From a virus, in the IMG/VR virus record IMGVR_UViG_3300036670_000250, positions 5,898 to 69,897 of that record: DNA of 64,000 bases; one strand, written 5' to 3'. A program made the translations under genes and the position numbers. Within the stretch, counting starts at the first letter, position 1; each line of letters starts with the position of its first letter. Under the pieces are notes generated by a model, which was not told the DNA's origin, searched no databases, and saw only the letters and a program-made list of their open reading frames with translations. Below are positions 19,333 through 29,046 of this stretch, in pieces.

Positions 19333-21051
19333 TTATATAATATCAACTCCATTGAAGCTAAAGTTTAATGTGTAATACATAGTTTGTGGGTGGAATCCTG
19401 CATCAACTAAGTCAAATCTAGATTTAACCGCGATTTTTGGAGCCATTGTTCCTTCAGCTATAGTTTCAACTGATTCAGCCATTAAGTATGGCATAAATAC
19501 TAATCCTGGAGAATTACCATCACCTTTACGGCCTACTGCAATTCTTAAGTCATTAAAGTCTCTATTAGGATCAACATAAATAGTAACACCTGCAACAGAA
19601 CCAATTGGGAATAAAGATCCGCCATTTTGGTTTACTGTGTTAGATAGTGGGTAAGGAACGAATCCTGACACATCTTGAAGTGCAGTACCCATTTTACCAC
19701 TTGTAACTGCAAACGTTGCAGGACCTCTACGACCACGTACAGCGATTAAGTTAGTAGCAGCAAGTACTTTAGTTAAGATTCTACGTTGTAGTGTTCCTTG
19801 TGTTTCACCACCTGTTGAAACTGTAACAGAGTTAACAACAACAGAACGAGCTACACCAGTATTATCAGTACCTAATGGAATGTTAACTGCAGTAGATGCA
19901 CCAGTTGTAAACGCAGCAGATAAAATAGTTCCATCTACTTGAGCAACTTGTGCAGCATTAGTTACACCATTTTTAAAGATTCTATCTAGGATGTACTTGT
20001 TTATAGATTGTGTTAATTCATTGATTAATACAGATTCTACTTGAGCAACGGCATCAATACCGAATTGCTTAAGATCTTGTATTTGCTCACGAGTAACGGC
20101 GGCTGCAACTTGATAAGTTTTAGCAGCTACAGATTTATTAAACAAAGATAATCCCATAACGTTATCTGGTGTAGATTCTCCTACTCCTCTTTCGTATGGA
20201 TTTGCTGAGTCAATTGCTTCAACACCAAAGGCAGGAGTACCTGCACCAGGGTTGTTTGCAGAAAAAGCATTACCTGAAAAACCAGGAATGTGGTCTTCTA
20301 ATGCCTTAACTAATTCAGCTCCACTATCAAAGTTAACTCTTACTGTGTCTAATGTGTCGTCAGCAAAACCATCAGTTGCAGCAGTTACTGCTGTATAGAT
20401 TGGTTGATAACCTTCTTCACCTTGTCCAAAAGGATCAGTTCCCTGAGCAACGTCAGTTCTTTTTCCTCTTACTCTAAATATTGAATACCCATCAATACGA
20501 GATTTACCAACATAAGTTAATTCGTATGCTCCAAAATTACCTGTACCAACGTAAAGTATTTCATTCACTGCTAAGGCGTCACCTGTTGCAATTGCAACAT
20601 TAACTTTAATAAGTAATGGTGCGCTGTTTCCATTTACACCACCTGCCTGAGAAGCTCTACCACCACCATAAACAAAGTCTAGGTAAGTAAGAACGCCCAT
20701 AGGACCTTGCATTGGAACAACTGGAACTAAATCAAGACCTACTGTCTGAGCAGCAACTTGCATAGCAAGAGGTAGCAAAGAAAATGGTCTATCACCAGAA
20801 CCTGGTGCTTGTGAATAGAATGCATTCATTGTTGATGGATCTCCAGGAAATGATGGAGTACCCATTGACTGAACGTTCATGTTCGGGTTAAGGTGTACTG
20901 TGTTGTAAACACTTTCATTTAAGTTATGATAATGACAATACTTAGACATCCAAGCAATCTTAGATTTTTCAGTAATACCAGTAGCTTCTTCAATGATAGG
21001 TGCCCAAGTCATTTGTACTTCAGACTCGTTAATTAATTGATTTGCGTACAT
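19333..21051 (-). CDS. gp23: Major capsid protein (gp23-like)
   Basis: WAPIIE, DLVPVVPMQGP, EQIQDLK..GIDA, INELTQSINK, FMPY and PKIAVKSR motifs. Confidence 0.95.
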   Translation of the reverse strand: MYANQLINESEVQMTWAPIIEEATGITEKSKIAWMSKYCHYHNLNESVYNTVHLNPNMNVQSMGTPSFPGDPSTMNAFYSQAPGSGDRPFSLLPLAMQVAAQTVGLDLVPVVPMQGPMGVLTYLDFVYGGGRASQAGGVNGNSAPLLIKVNVAIATGDALAVNEILYVGTGNFGAYELTYVGKSRIDGYSIFRVRGKRTDVAQGTDPFGQGEEGYQPIYTAVTAATDGFADDTLDTVRVNFDSGAELVKALEDHIPGFSGNAFSANNPGAGTPAFGVEAIDSANPYERGVGESTPDNVMGLSLFNKSVAAKTYQVAAAVTREQIQDLKQFGIDAVAQVESVLINELTQSINKYILDRIFKNGVTNAAQVAQVDGTILSAAFTTGASTAVNIPLGTDNTGVARSVVVNSVTVSTGGETQGTLQRRILTKVLAATNLIAVRGRRGPATFAVTSGKMGTALQDVSGFVPYPLSNTVNQNGGSLFPIGSVAGVTIYVDPNRDFNDLRIAVGRKGDGNSPGLVFMPYLMAESVETIAEGTMAPKIAVKSRFDLVDAGFHPQTMYYTLNFSFNGVDII

Positions 21052-21122
21052 TTTTTTGTTTTTGTTTTTGTTTTTGTAATTAATCTATAGTTCTTTGCTT
21101 CTTAACTTTTTTAGATTATAAT

Positions 21123-21131
21123 TTATATATC
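21123..21131 (-). promoter_or_regulatory. Putative late promoter RATATATAA (representative copy upstream of gp23)
   Basis: Same motif at 402, 2140, 6047, 9080, 12945, 19254, 22953, 24648, 28043, 29040, 38867 and 54837 (minus) and 16378 (plus), each shortly upstream of a start. Confidence 0.7.
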
Positions 21132-21166
21132 AATGTTGTATTAATAAAATTGTTAATATATGTTTT

Positions 21167-22933
21167 TTATCTTCCTAAATTAAATTTAACTTTTCTAATA
21201 ATGTCAGCCGCAAATGATTCATTAATAGTTTGTTCATTTGTAACGGTAGCTACTTGCTCAGCTGCTGTTTTGTTTTCGTTAATTGTTACTAATTCAAATT
21301 GAGATGGTCTTAAATCTCTGGTTGCCCAAAAATTATTAATTGTATACGGTGTGTTTACTGTATGAAATTTAGACTCAGCAATAATTTGAGATTGACGATC
21401 AGCAGATAAAGAACCCCATTTAGTTAAATACTTCTCTGGCATGTCTTGTATAAAATTTATTTCACGTTTCTTTTCAATAAAACAACTGTCCCATACATTT
21501 TCTGCTTGATTCGTTGACATTATATGGTTTAACGTCATAGACTCTTTAATCATATCTTGCTTTTCAATAGATAAAGACTTAAACTCATTTTTCTTAGATT
21601 CAGTAAGAAAGTTCATAAAATGTAAATCAGTAACAATTTTAAATTTTGACTTTTCAATTAAAGTATTTAATTTTTCTTCAATTGATTCTTTATATGATTT
21701 TGTTTCTACATAGGCAACACTAGCTACTCCAACGGATGCTTCATCATTTATGTTTTCTGCAAGATATTCAGAGTACTTAATACTCTTATCTAAATCAACT
21801 TCAATTTTTTTTGTATGTACAATACTTTGATCTAATTGTTCTGCAATATAATCAGCATATTTAATGCCGTTTTCTACATTTTCACTAAGATATGTTGCAT
21901 ATGCAATACTTTGGTTTACTTTTGTTGTCGCATTAGATGCACCTTCTGCAACATGCTCTACATACTGAATTCCCTGATCTAATCTTTCTGCTAAGTATTT
22001 TGAGTACTGAATTCCATTATCTGCAGCTTCGGCAACATGTTCTGAATAATGAATATTAGAATCTAATTCCTCAGCTAAATAACCTGTATATTGTTTAATT
22101 TGATTTACATTCTCAGATAGGTAATCTGAAAATGAAATAGATTTATCTAAATTTTCAGATAAATATTCAGAATAGTCTGAAAGCTGATTAACTTTTGCTA
22201 CAACACTTTCTGTGTATTTTATTAGTTGTTCAACTCTTTCAGTTGTATCTGTGTTTGCTGATTCTGTAACTGATTCAGTAACTTTTGATAATACGCCCTT
22301 TACGTATTCAGTGTATTTTTGAAAATCTTCAACCTTTACAAAATTTGTATTTTCTTCCATTATATTGTTTTTTGTGTTTTTTGTTTCTTGTATTTCATAG
22401 ATAAATAAATCATCTTCATTACTAAATCCGTAAGATTCATTTACTCGTGTTAATTCTGCATTTTCAAAACCAGGATCAGCAACGAGATCGTATGTAAAAA
22501 ATTTCTTAATTTTAACCTTACCATTTTCACCTACAGAACCGGCAGCTCTACTTGAAATATGAAGAGGTATACCATCTTTAACTAAAGCTTGAGCTTCCTT
22601 TCCCTTTGTTGTATTAAGTAAACGAATTCTACCCATAACACGTTTTTTAACTGGATCATATTCTAATGATTCAATAACATGAGAAACGTTTGATAAACTA
22701 ATATCAAAATCCTTAGGATGATCTAGTTCACCTAGTAATTTACCAACTTTAGCCTTTTCCTTTAGCTCATTAATATGAGGTAAAGTTTCAGTTTCTTCAT
22801 ATATTCTGTTATTCTTGTTTCGGATCCCGAATTCAGTAAAAACACCTTCAAGTATAATTGAACCATCTTCTGTAACGTTTTGAACTAAATTTGTTTGAGA
22901 TCTTTCGAGAATTAAAAGTTTCTTTCCTGACAT
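21167..22933 (-). CDS. gp21: Prohead protease (gp21-like) fused to a repeat-rich scaffold/core domain
   Basis: NKNNRIY, LGELDHP, VSH, ISSRAAG and YDLVADPGF, followed by ~14-aa YxEYLAE repeats. Confidence 0.88.
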   Translation of the reverse strand: MSGKKLLILERSQTNLVQNVTEDGSIILEGVFTEFGIRNKNNRIYEETETLPHINELKEKAKVGKLLGELDHPKDFDISLSNVSHVIESLEYDPVKKRVMGRIRLLNTTKGKEAQALVKDGIPLHISSRAAGSVGENGKVKIKKFFTYDLVADPGFENAELTRVNESYGFSNEDDLFIYEIQETKNTKNNIMEENTNFVKVEDFQKYTEYVKGVLSKVTESVTESANTDTTERVEQLIKYTESVVAKVNQLSDYSEYLSENLDKSISFSDYLSENVNQIKQYTGYLAEELDSNIHYSEHVAEAADNGIQYSKYLAERLDQGIQYVEHVAEGASNATTKVNQSIAYATYLSENVENGIKYADYIAEQLDQSIVHTKKIEVDLDKSIKYSEYLAENINDEASVGVASVAYVETKSYKESIEEKLNTLIEKSKFKIVTDLHFMNFLTESKKNEFKSLSIEKQDMIKESMTLNHIMSTNQAENVWDSCFIEKKREINFIQDMPEKYLTKWGSLSADRQSQIIAESKFHTVNTPYTINNFWATRDLRPSQFELVTINENKTAAEQVATVTNEQTINESFAADIIRKVKFNLGR

Positions 22934-22979
22934 TTTTTAAATATTATTTGATTTATATATTAGAACTATTGCAAACTTT

Positions 22980-24629
22980 TTATTCAAAGTCAGCTAATGG
23001 ATCGTCTTCGGCTTTATTTTGTGATTCAGGCTTAAAATCATTTTTATTACCTCCTAGCAGTATTTTATCAATATCACCTTCACTAAAGCCCTCTTCTTCT
23101 AATTCATTTCTTTTAATTGCTCTTTTATTAGAGTTAATGTCATCTCTGGTGAAGCCACCGTATCTTTTAATTAACCATCCGATATCAAAGTATGGAATTT
23201 CATTCATTTCGCTATCCATAACACTCAATTGGGTTTTCATGTTTCCGATAAAATCAATGCGTTTGTTTTGTAATTCCATTTCTTTCATTTCTTCAAATAC
23301 ATTATCTTTAACAAACTTTAAACCTAACCCTGATTTAAATGCAATATCATTTTTAAGCTCAGGGTGATTTACACACATTTGAAGATACACTGGCTTAATG
23401 AGTATTTCTTGAAATATCGATCTTAAACGATTAACAAATTTTGAAAACTTAATTTCTTCTCTTAACATACCGCTAGCTTCAATATCAAAAGAACCACCAC
23501 CTTCTTTATCAAATCTAGAAAATGGTATTTTTGAAGCAACCTTTAGTCTATCAGAAAAGTATCTTAATGATTCAGTATCACCTAAATCTGGCCCGTCACC
23601 ACCTACAGTACTAATAGTAGGCTGTTCACCATCCTTCGATGGTAACCAATATTCTTTATTGAATGGCATCATTGGCTTACCATTTGTTTTGATTTCACCA
23701 CTTTCATAGTTAAAATCAACAACCTCACGGTATGAATTCATTAATTGCGCTAAAGATTGTTTAGCTCTAGTTTTTGATTTACCACCTACTGGTATAATAA
23801 ATTGAGTTTTAAATGATGAATTAGAAACTGCCCAAATAATTCTAGTAGTTTCCATAACTCTAACTAAATTAAATGAACGAATAAGACGCTCAACGTAAGA
23901 AATTCGTTGTGGCGAGTTAACTTGCGAATACGACAAATAAATTACCTGAGCATCCCAAAGCTTTCTTTCTTTTGCACCACCGCCTTTATATTGAACCCAA
24001 ATTTTCTTACCAGTTTCAGTATCTATTCCAGGTAATAAAGAAATTGGGTCTAATTCTTTAAAACCAATAATTTCAGTTTGTTTATCATTATATACTATCT
24101 CAAACGAAAGGAAGCCATCAACTAACCATTTTCTAAAATAATTCCAAGGTTGAATTGCATCATTAAAACCAAAATAGTTATAAATGTTATTGAAAACATC
24201 TCCGATTTCTTCTTCTATAGTATTACTAATTTCTCCATTAAACTCGCCGTATGCAAAATAATTAGTTTCATCAAATACAATAGCTTCATCTGTGATAATA
24301 TCTAAAATATCTTCTATTTCATCTTGTACGGCAAACGTCCTAAGCTCGTCTCTTTTCTTTTTGTAATCTTTATCAAAATATGATATATTTTTCTTAAGAC
24401 TTGTGTCGGTTAAAGAAAGTGCTGCAAACGCTGCATACATATCATCAGAATCAGATCCGGTTGGATTTACAAATCCATAACCAACTTGGTTTTCAGTAAA
24501 TCCGACCGCACGAGAATTACGAATAACCATATCGTCATAAGCCATTCCTAGATTAGAAAGATCTTTTAGAATTTTTCTAACTGGGTTTCCATCAGTTAAA
24601 GGTCCTCTTCTATCAGTAAATCCTGCCAT
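22980..24629 (-). CDS. gp20: Portal protein (gp20-like)
   Basis: FRKWLVDG, ELDP, EYWLP, KIPFSRF and REEIKFSKFVNRLR motifs. Confidence 0.93.
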   Translation of the reverse strand: MAGFTDRRGPLTDGNPVRKILKDLSNLGMAYDDMVIRNSRAVGFTENQVGYGFVNPTGSDSDDMYAAFAALSLTDTSLKKNISYFDKDYKKKRDELRTFAVQDEIEDILDIITDEAIVFDETNYFAYGEFNGEISNTIEEEIGDVFNNIYNYFGFNDAIQPWNYFRKWLVDGFLSFEIVYNDKQTEIIGFKELDPISLLPGIDTETGKKIWVQYKGGGAKERKLWDAQVIYLSYSQVNSPQRISYVERLIRSFNLVRVMETTRIIWAVSNSSFKTQFIIPVGGKSKTRAKQSLAQLMNSYREVVDFNYESGEIKTNGKPMMPFNKEYWLPSKDGEQPTISTVGGDGPDLGDTESLRYFSDRLKVASKIPFSRFDKEGGGSFDIEASGMLREEIKFSKFVNRLRSIFQEILIKPVYLQMCVNHPELKNDIAFKSGLGLKFVKDNVFEEMKEMELQNKRIDFIGNMKTQLSVMDSEMNEIPYFDIGWLIKRYGGFTRDDINSNKRAIKRNELEEEGFSEGDIDKILLGGNKNDFKPESQNKAEDDPLADFE

Positions 24630-24647
24630 AGTTTTTTTATTATTAGT

Positions 24648-25217
24648 TTATATATTCTTATTATATAATGCTTGTGCTTCATTTATATTTCCGCCAAAGA
24701 AAAAATTACTATCATTAACAGCACCAACATACCAATCTTCATATCCTAGTACCCTAGGGTCTTTCATATTTTTCATATTATACTGTCTTATTGCGTACTT
24801 TAAATTGTATTTTTTACCTAAACTTTGGTTAACTGCATCATATGTAAACTCTTTCATATACATTTGCATTTTAGCATTCCCCGCATATTTTAACTGAGAT
24901 TCAAAAATGGAAGGAAATGATTTTACAATATCTTTTATCAATGAAATCCTAGAGTCGTATGGTATATAGTGTAAATTTATACCTAATTGGTTAATACCAA
25001 AACTTGAACCTAAACCAATAACAATTGGATAAGTGTCGTAAAAAGTTTCTTTATTAGTAAAATATCTAAAGGCATACATTCTTCCTTGTTCTAGTGTACC
25101 CTTTGATGGCGACCCAATAGTATTTAAGGATACTGTAGAGTATTTAGAAGCACCAGACCTGCCTTTATTTTCTTCTAAGAATATATTTAAATCATCTGTA
25201 AAATTACCTATTATCAT
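24648..25217 (-). CDS. gp2: DNA end protector (gp2-like)
   Basis: GRMYAFRY, YDTYPIV and GINLHYIP motifs. Confidence 0.8.
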   Translation of the reverse strand: MIIGNFTDDLNIFLEENKGRSGASKYSTVSLNTIGSPSKGTLEQGRMYAFRYFTNKETFYDTYPIVIGLGSSFGINQLGINLHYIPYDSRISLIKDIVKSFPSIFESQLKYAGNAKMQMYMKEFTYDAVNQSLGKKYNLKYAIRQYNMKNMKDPRVLGYEDWYVGAVNDSNFFFGGNINEAQALYNKNI

Positions 25218-25219
25218 TC

Positions 25220-25696
25220 TTAAAATAAGTTTGAATCTTCAGTTAATAACATAACTTTAAAGTTTCTTTCTTTTGCCAATTTATTTAATGCATCTGTCTT
25301 ACATAAATTTCTAACATAGTTTTCATAACCATGCTTGAAATTTTTCATTGATTTTGCTGTTTTTCTTTTAGGTGGTTTTGGTTTTTGTAGTTGAGCTTTT
25401 GGTTTTATTTCAACTAAATATTCTTCAACAATATTATCCCTATTTAATTTAACATAAAAATCTGGAAAATAATTATGAACTTTATTATCAAGTATATTGT
25501 AGTACTTAATGGCAAAGGGTTCAGAAACCCAATAAATAACATCATCATTATAATCACACCAATGACAAAACTTTCTTTCCCATGAGCTTCTATAAATAAT
25601 AGGACCATCTCCTATATATTTAGTAGGATTATTTGGATTGTAGTACCCTTGTTTAAACCCTGATTTTAATGTTGGTTTTAAGTTTTTAATGTTCAT
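25220..25696 (-). CDS. gp4: Head completion nuclease (gp4-like)
   Basis: YRSSWE, WVSEP, YFPDF and VEIKP motifs. Confidence 0.88.
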   Translation of the reverse strand: MNIKNLKPTLKSGFKQGYYNPNNPTKYIGDGPIIYRSSWERKFCHWCDYNDDVIYWVSEPFAIKYYNILDNKVHNYFPDFYVKLNRDNIVEEYLVEIKPKAQLQKPKPPKRKTAKSMKNFKHGYENYVRNLCKTDALNKLAKERNFKVMLLTEDSNLF

Positions 25697-26061
25697 TAAA
25701 TTGTGTAAATTCCATCACTGTCATAACCGCCATCCATTGAAACAGTACCCGCGTATTTTTTAGGGTGTAGTTTATTCCATCCTTTTGCAAAACCTCTTTT
25801 TGAAATTTCAGTAAAATATGAAAATGCGTTTTCACTTTTTGCAGGATTAAAATTTCTCCAATATTTAAAAAGATCCATATATGCAAATGCAATACAATCT
25901 TCCCTATCTGCAGGTTCCCTATATGACAGTTTCATTGAACACTTATTAGCAAGTAACATTAAATATTCTAAAGCTTTTGGTGTTAATTCGTCAAGCTCTT
26001 TTGATTTTTTGATTTCATCTAAAAGATCTCTATTATTAAGATAATTACGTTTTCTAGCCAT
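25696..26061 (-). CDS. gp55: Late-transcription sigma factor (gp55-like); likely start MARKRNY at 26061
   Basis: NYLNNRDL, DREDC and NFNPAKSENAFSYFT motifs. The longer ORF-track start runs through a terminator hairpin. Confidence 0.85.
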   Translation of the reverse strand: MARKRNYLNNRDLLDEIKKSKELDELTPKALEYLMLLANKCSMKLSYREPADREDCIAFAYMDLFKYWRNFNPAKSENAFSYFTEISKRGFAKGWNKLHPKKYAGTVSMDGGYDSDGIYTI

Positions 26062-26088
26062 GGTGTTTCTATTTTTATTATTATATAC

Positions 26089-26132
26089 AAAAAAAAGCCG
26101 GTAGTTTATATTAATATAAACCACCGGCTTTT
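26089..26132 (-). terminator. Terminator hairpin overlapping the promoter of gp55
   Basis: aaaagccggtagtttata/tataaaccaccggctttt inverted repeat plus U-tract. Confidence 0.7.
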
Positions 26133-26146
26133 ATGAAATAATTTAG

Positions 26147-28021
26147 TTAAATTTCAACTTTAATATCGTTTTTAATAATGAAACTTTCTTTATTTGTCAT
26201 AGGATCAATAATTGTTACCAAATCATCGTTACCTAGAGAAGAGTACTCTTCAGCGTTTACCATGATTTGTTGTCCTTTTGAAAAACCAGCAGAAGGCTTA
26301 ATTATATTAGCATCTACAAAACCGTCATCTAAATATTGTTTTTTATTTTTTTTTTCAGATACTAAATAACTTTCCTGTAATTCTTTTTCAAATTTAATTA
26401 GTTCTGCATTAATTAAAGTTAATGCCTCATCTAATTCTTCAGATTTTCCATTTTTAGAAATAGCACTATTAATTTCAGTTTTCTTTTCAATTAAAAATGA
26501 AATTGTTTCAGATAGTTCATTTCTTTTTTTAGAAAGAGTTAATGATGCATCCCCTTCAGCTATTAATTGTTCTGATAAAATTAAACTAACGTCATAATTA
26601 ATAAATTCTTTAATAAGCTTAACAGCTTCAGTTGCTGTTGGTATAAAAGACATTTCATTTATTTGCATACCTGAATTAACTTTGTTAACCCAAACACCTT
26701 CACCGATTGCAATAAGAGTTAAATGTAATGCTGCAAACTCACGTGATGTAATGTGTGTAAACATATCCATATCACGAAGATAATCTATACTTTCAAAAAA
26801 CTTTGCAACCGTATCAGTACTCATTGTGTTTTTATAACCAAAAAAGTTCACAGCAAGCAAAGACTCTTTAATCTGAGTTGGCGTTAGCTCAGTAAGATTT
26901 GTTTTATTTAACATTAAAGTACCTTCAGTTAAATTATATTCCAAAGACTTGTTGTTTTGACCAAATATAACTAATGAATTATTAATATTCTTAAATAATT
27001 GTAAACCTTCTAATACATTAAAAAATCTATGATCTCTGACAACTGATTCTGTTATTTGATTGTCTTTAATTGCATAAGTTTTACCATGTAAAACAAAGTT
27101 TAAACCATTTTCATTTTCAACAACTGGTGAAAGTATTTGTGATACAATACCATCATTGTTTGTCGCGGCTTTATTATCGTCAATTGTCATTTCATTTAAA
27201 ATAGAATAAACTGAACTAGCCCATGGATGCTTTGTTGCTATTTTAGCAAGATTAGACTTAATATCAGCAGGTTCTTTTAATGATTCAGTAAGATCATTTA
27301 TAAGAGTTTCATATAATTTACCCTTTTGTAGTTTATTTGTATCAATAGCTTCACTAATTTTAAATGACCATTTAACATTAGTATAAACTGTATCAATATA
27401 ATCTCTAAGATTTTTTACTGGCGATAACCACTCATAAATTGATAAACTTCTATGTAAAGTTTTTGCAATTTTAAATTTAAGATTAGGATTAATATTTAGT
27501 TCAATACTTTCTTTTAATCCAGTTTCATCATTAAGCTCGTTATTGTGTATTGCCACATATGACTTCCATAGATTAAGCTCACGTGGAAACATACCAAGAG
27601 ATTCTTCTAAAACTTTAAGAGCGTTTTTAGATGAGTACGAAATTCTAGAAGAGTCAGAATCCATTGTCTTAAGAATATCAATACTATTCATGATATTTTC
27701 ATATAGTTGCGTAAGTGTAAAATTCATTTCGTTATTGTTTTTTTGTTTATTATTTTCGTTGTATGTTTCTAGTTTTGATTTATAAAAAGAAACACCAGAT
27801 AACGCTAGCTGCTGAGGAATTCCCATACCTACTAAAATAGCTAAAACCTGACTATCAGTTTTTCCGCTTTTGTAAAATTGAGCAGCAATGTCTAACAGTT
27901 GTTGCGGTGGATTGTTTAAATGAGGTGTTGTAGTGTCTACACCATGCTGAGCGTCGATTCTACCGTCAGAATAAACTTGAGTTTGCCCTTCATTTATATC
28001 TGTATTAGTTTTATGATTCAT
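26147..28021 (-). CDS. Hypothetical late (probably virion) protein
   Basis: 624-aa ORF with a late promoter upstream and a C-terminal coiled coil. Confidence 0.55.
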   Translation of the reverse strand: MNHKTNTDINEGQTQVYSDGRIDAQHGVDTTTPHLNNPPQQLLDIAAQFYKSGKTDSQVLAILVGMGIPQQLALSGVSFYKSKLETYNENNKQKNNNEMNFTLTQLYENIMNSIDILKTMDSDSSRISYSSKNALKVLEESLGMFPRELNLWKSYVAIHNNELNDETGLKESIELNINPNLKFKIAKTLHRSLSIYEWLSPVKNLRDYIDTVYTNVKWSFKISEAIDTNKLQKGKLYETLINDLTESLKEPADIKSNLAKIATKHPWASSVYSILNEMTIDDNKAATNNDGIVSQILSPVVENENGLNFVLHGKTYAIKDNQITESVVRDHRFFNVLEGLQLFKNINNSLVIFGQNNKSLEYNLTEGTLMLNKTNLTELTPTQIKESLLAVNFFGYKNTMSTDTVAKFFESIDYLRDMDMFTHITSREFAALHLTLIAIGEGVWVNKVNSGMQINEMSFIPTATEAVKLIKEFINYDVSLILSEQLIAEGDASLTLSKKRNELSETISFLIEKKTEINSAISKNGKSEELDEALTLINAELIKFEKELQESYLVSEKKNKKQYLDDGFVDANIIKPSAGFSKGQQIMVNAEEYSSLGNDDLVTIIDPMTNKESFIIKNDIKVEI

Positions 28022-28074
28022 ATTAAGATACTTTTATTTGTTTTATATATTCTATGATCTTAGAGTTATTATCA

Positions 28075-29022
28075 TTAGGTATTTTCTGAATTTCTATATT
28101 CTTTACTTTCTTTGCTTTCAGGTTGAATTTTAGATGAGTCTATTGTAGTAGACGAATATTCACCACCAGTTTGAATGCTATCCGGGTTAACGTAGCCTTT
28201 ATTTGAAACTGCTGCTTCAATTTGTGATTTTCTAATATCGTCTATCGTATGTTCAAACTTTTGAAATACACCACCAAACTGAATACCTAACTCACCTGCA
28301 CTATTGCTTCTAATCATACCAACACCAGCATTCTCTTCGCCAAAAGTAGATTTACTAACTAATTCATCAATTTCTGATAAAAGAACACCATTTTCAAAAA
28401 CAGGAATAAATGATTGAACATCAATATTAAAAGTAACATTGAATTCTTTTTTATCGTTCAAGCCAAAATCAAATATTTTTTCTTGTGAAAAATCTTCAGG
28501 TACACTCATAATAGCTTGAACCCTAAACATACCTAAATCTACACTAAATGTAATAGCTTTGTATAATTTACTAAGGATAGATTCCGTAACCTTTAGCATT
28601 TCCATATTACTAGAACACACTACAGTTACTTCAAATGTTAAATCTATTGGAAGAAAACTAGTGTTTACTATAAAAGTTTTTAAAACACCATGAGATTCTC
28701 TAACAAATTCTCCTCTAACAAATTTATTAGTTTGGAGACTTGCATTAACTGCTAGAGAATTAAGTTTAAGTACACCTCTTGGAACAGTTTCATAGTTACC
28801 AACAGCTTTATCTTCTAAGATAGAATCATATACAAAACTATCCATTAAAAATCTTTCATTTCCAGTTACAGAATAATAAAAAGGTACGCTAACTTTTTGC
28901 AACGTATCTTCATCAATTTTATTGTAGTAAAAGATTTTATTTTTTAGTTCTGCTAGTGTTGAAACTATAACATATCGCAAGATAGTATTATCAGTATTAT
29001 TTTCTTGATTATATGCACTCAT
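28075..29022 (-). CDS. Tail terminator / sheath stabiliser (gp15-like)
   Basis: VSVPFYY and VPRG motifs, then PIDLTFEVTV. Confidence 0.6.
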   Translation of the reverse strand: MSAYNQENNTDNTILRYVIVSTLAELKNKIFYYNKIDEDTLQKVSVPFYYSVTGNERFLMDSFVYDSILEDKAVGNYETVPRGVLKLNSLAVNASLQTNKFVRGEFVRESHGVLKTFIVNTSFLPIDLTFEVTVVCSSNMEMLKVTESILSKLYKAITFSVDLGMFRVQAIMSVPEDFSQEKIFDFGLNDKKEFNVTFNIDVQSFIPVFENGVLLSEIDELVSKSTFGEENAGVGMIRSNSAGELGIQFGGVFQKFEHTIDDIRKSQIEAAVSNKGYVNPDSIQTGGEYSSTTIDSSKIQPESKESKEYRNSENT

Positions 29023-29046
29023 ACTATTTAGTAATTTGTTTATATA

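Noticed and set aside
25220-25696. TnsA transposase or mobile element
   Set aside because: Motifs and position beside gp2 and the portal identify it as the gp4 head completion protein.
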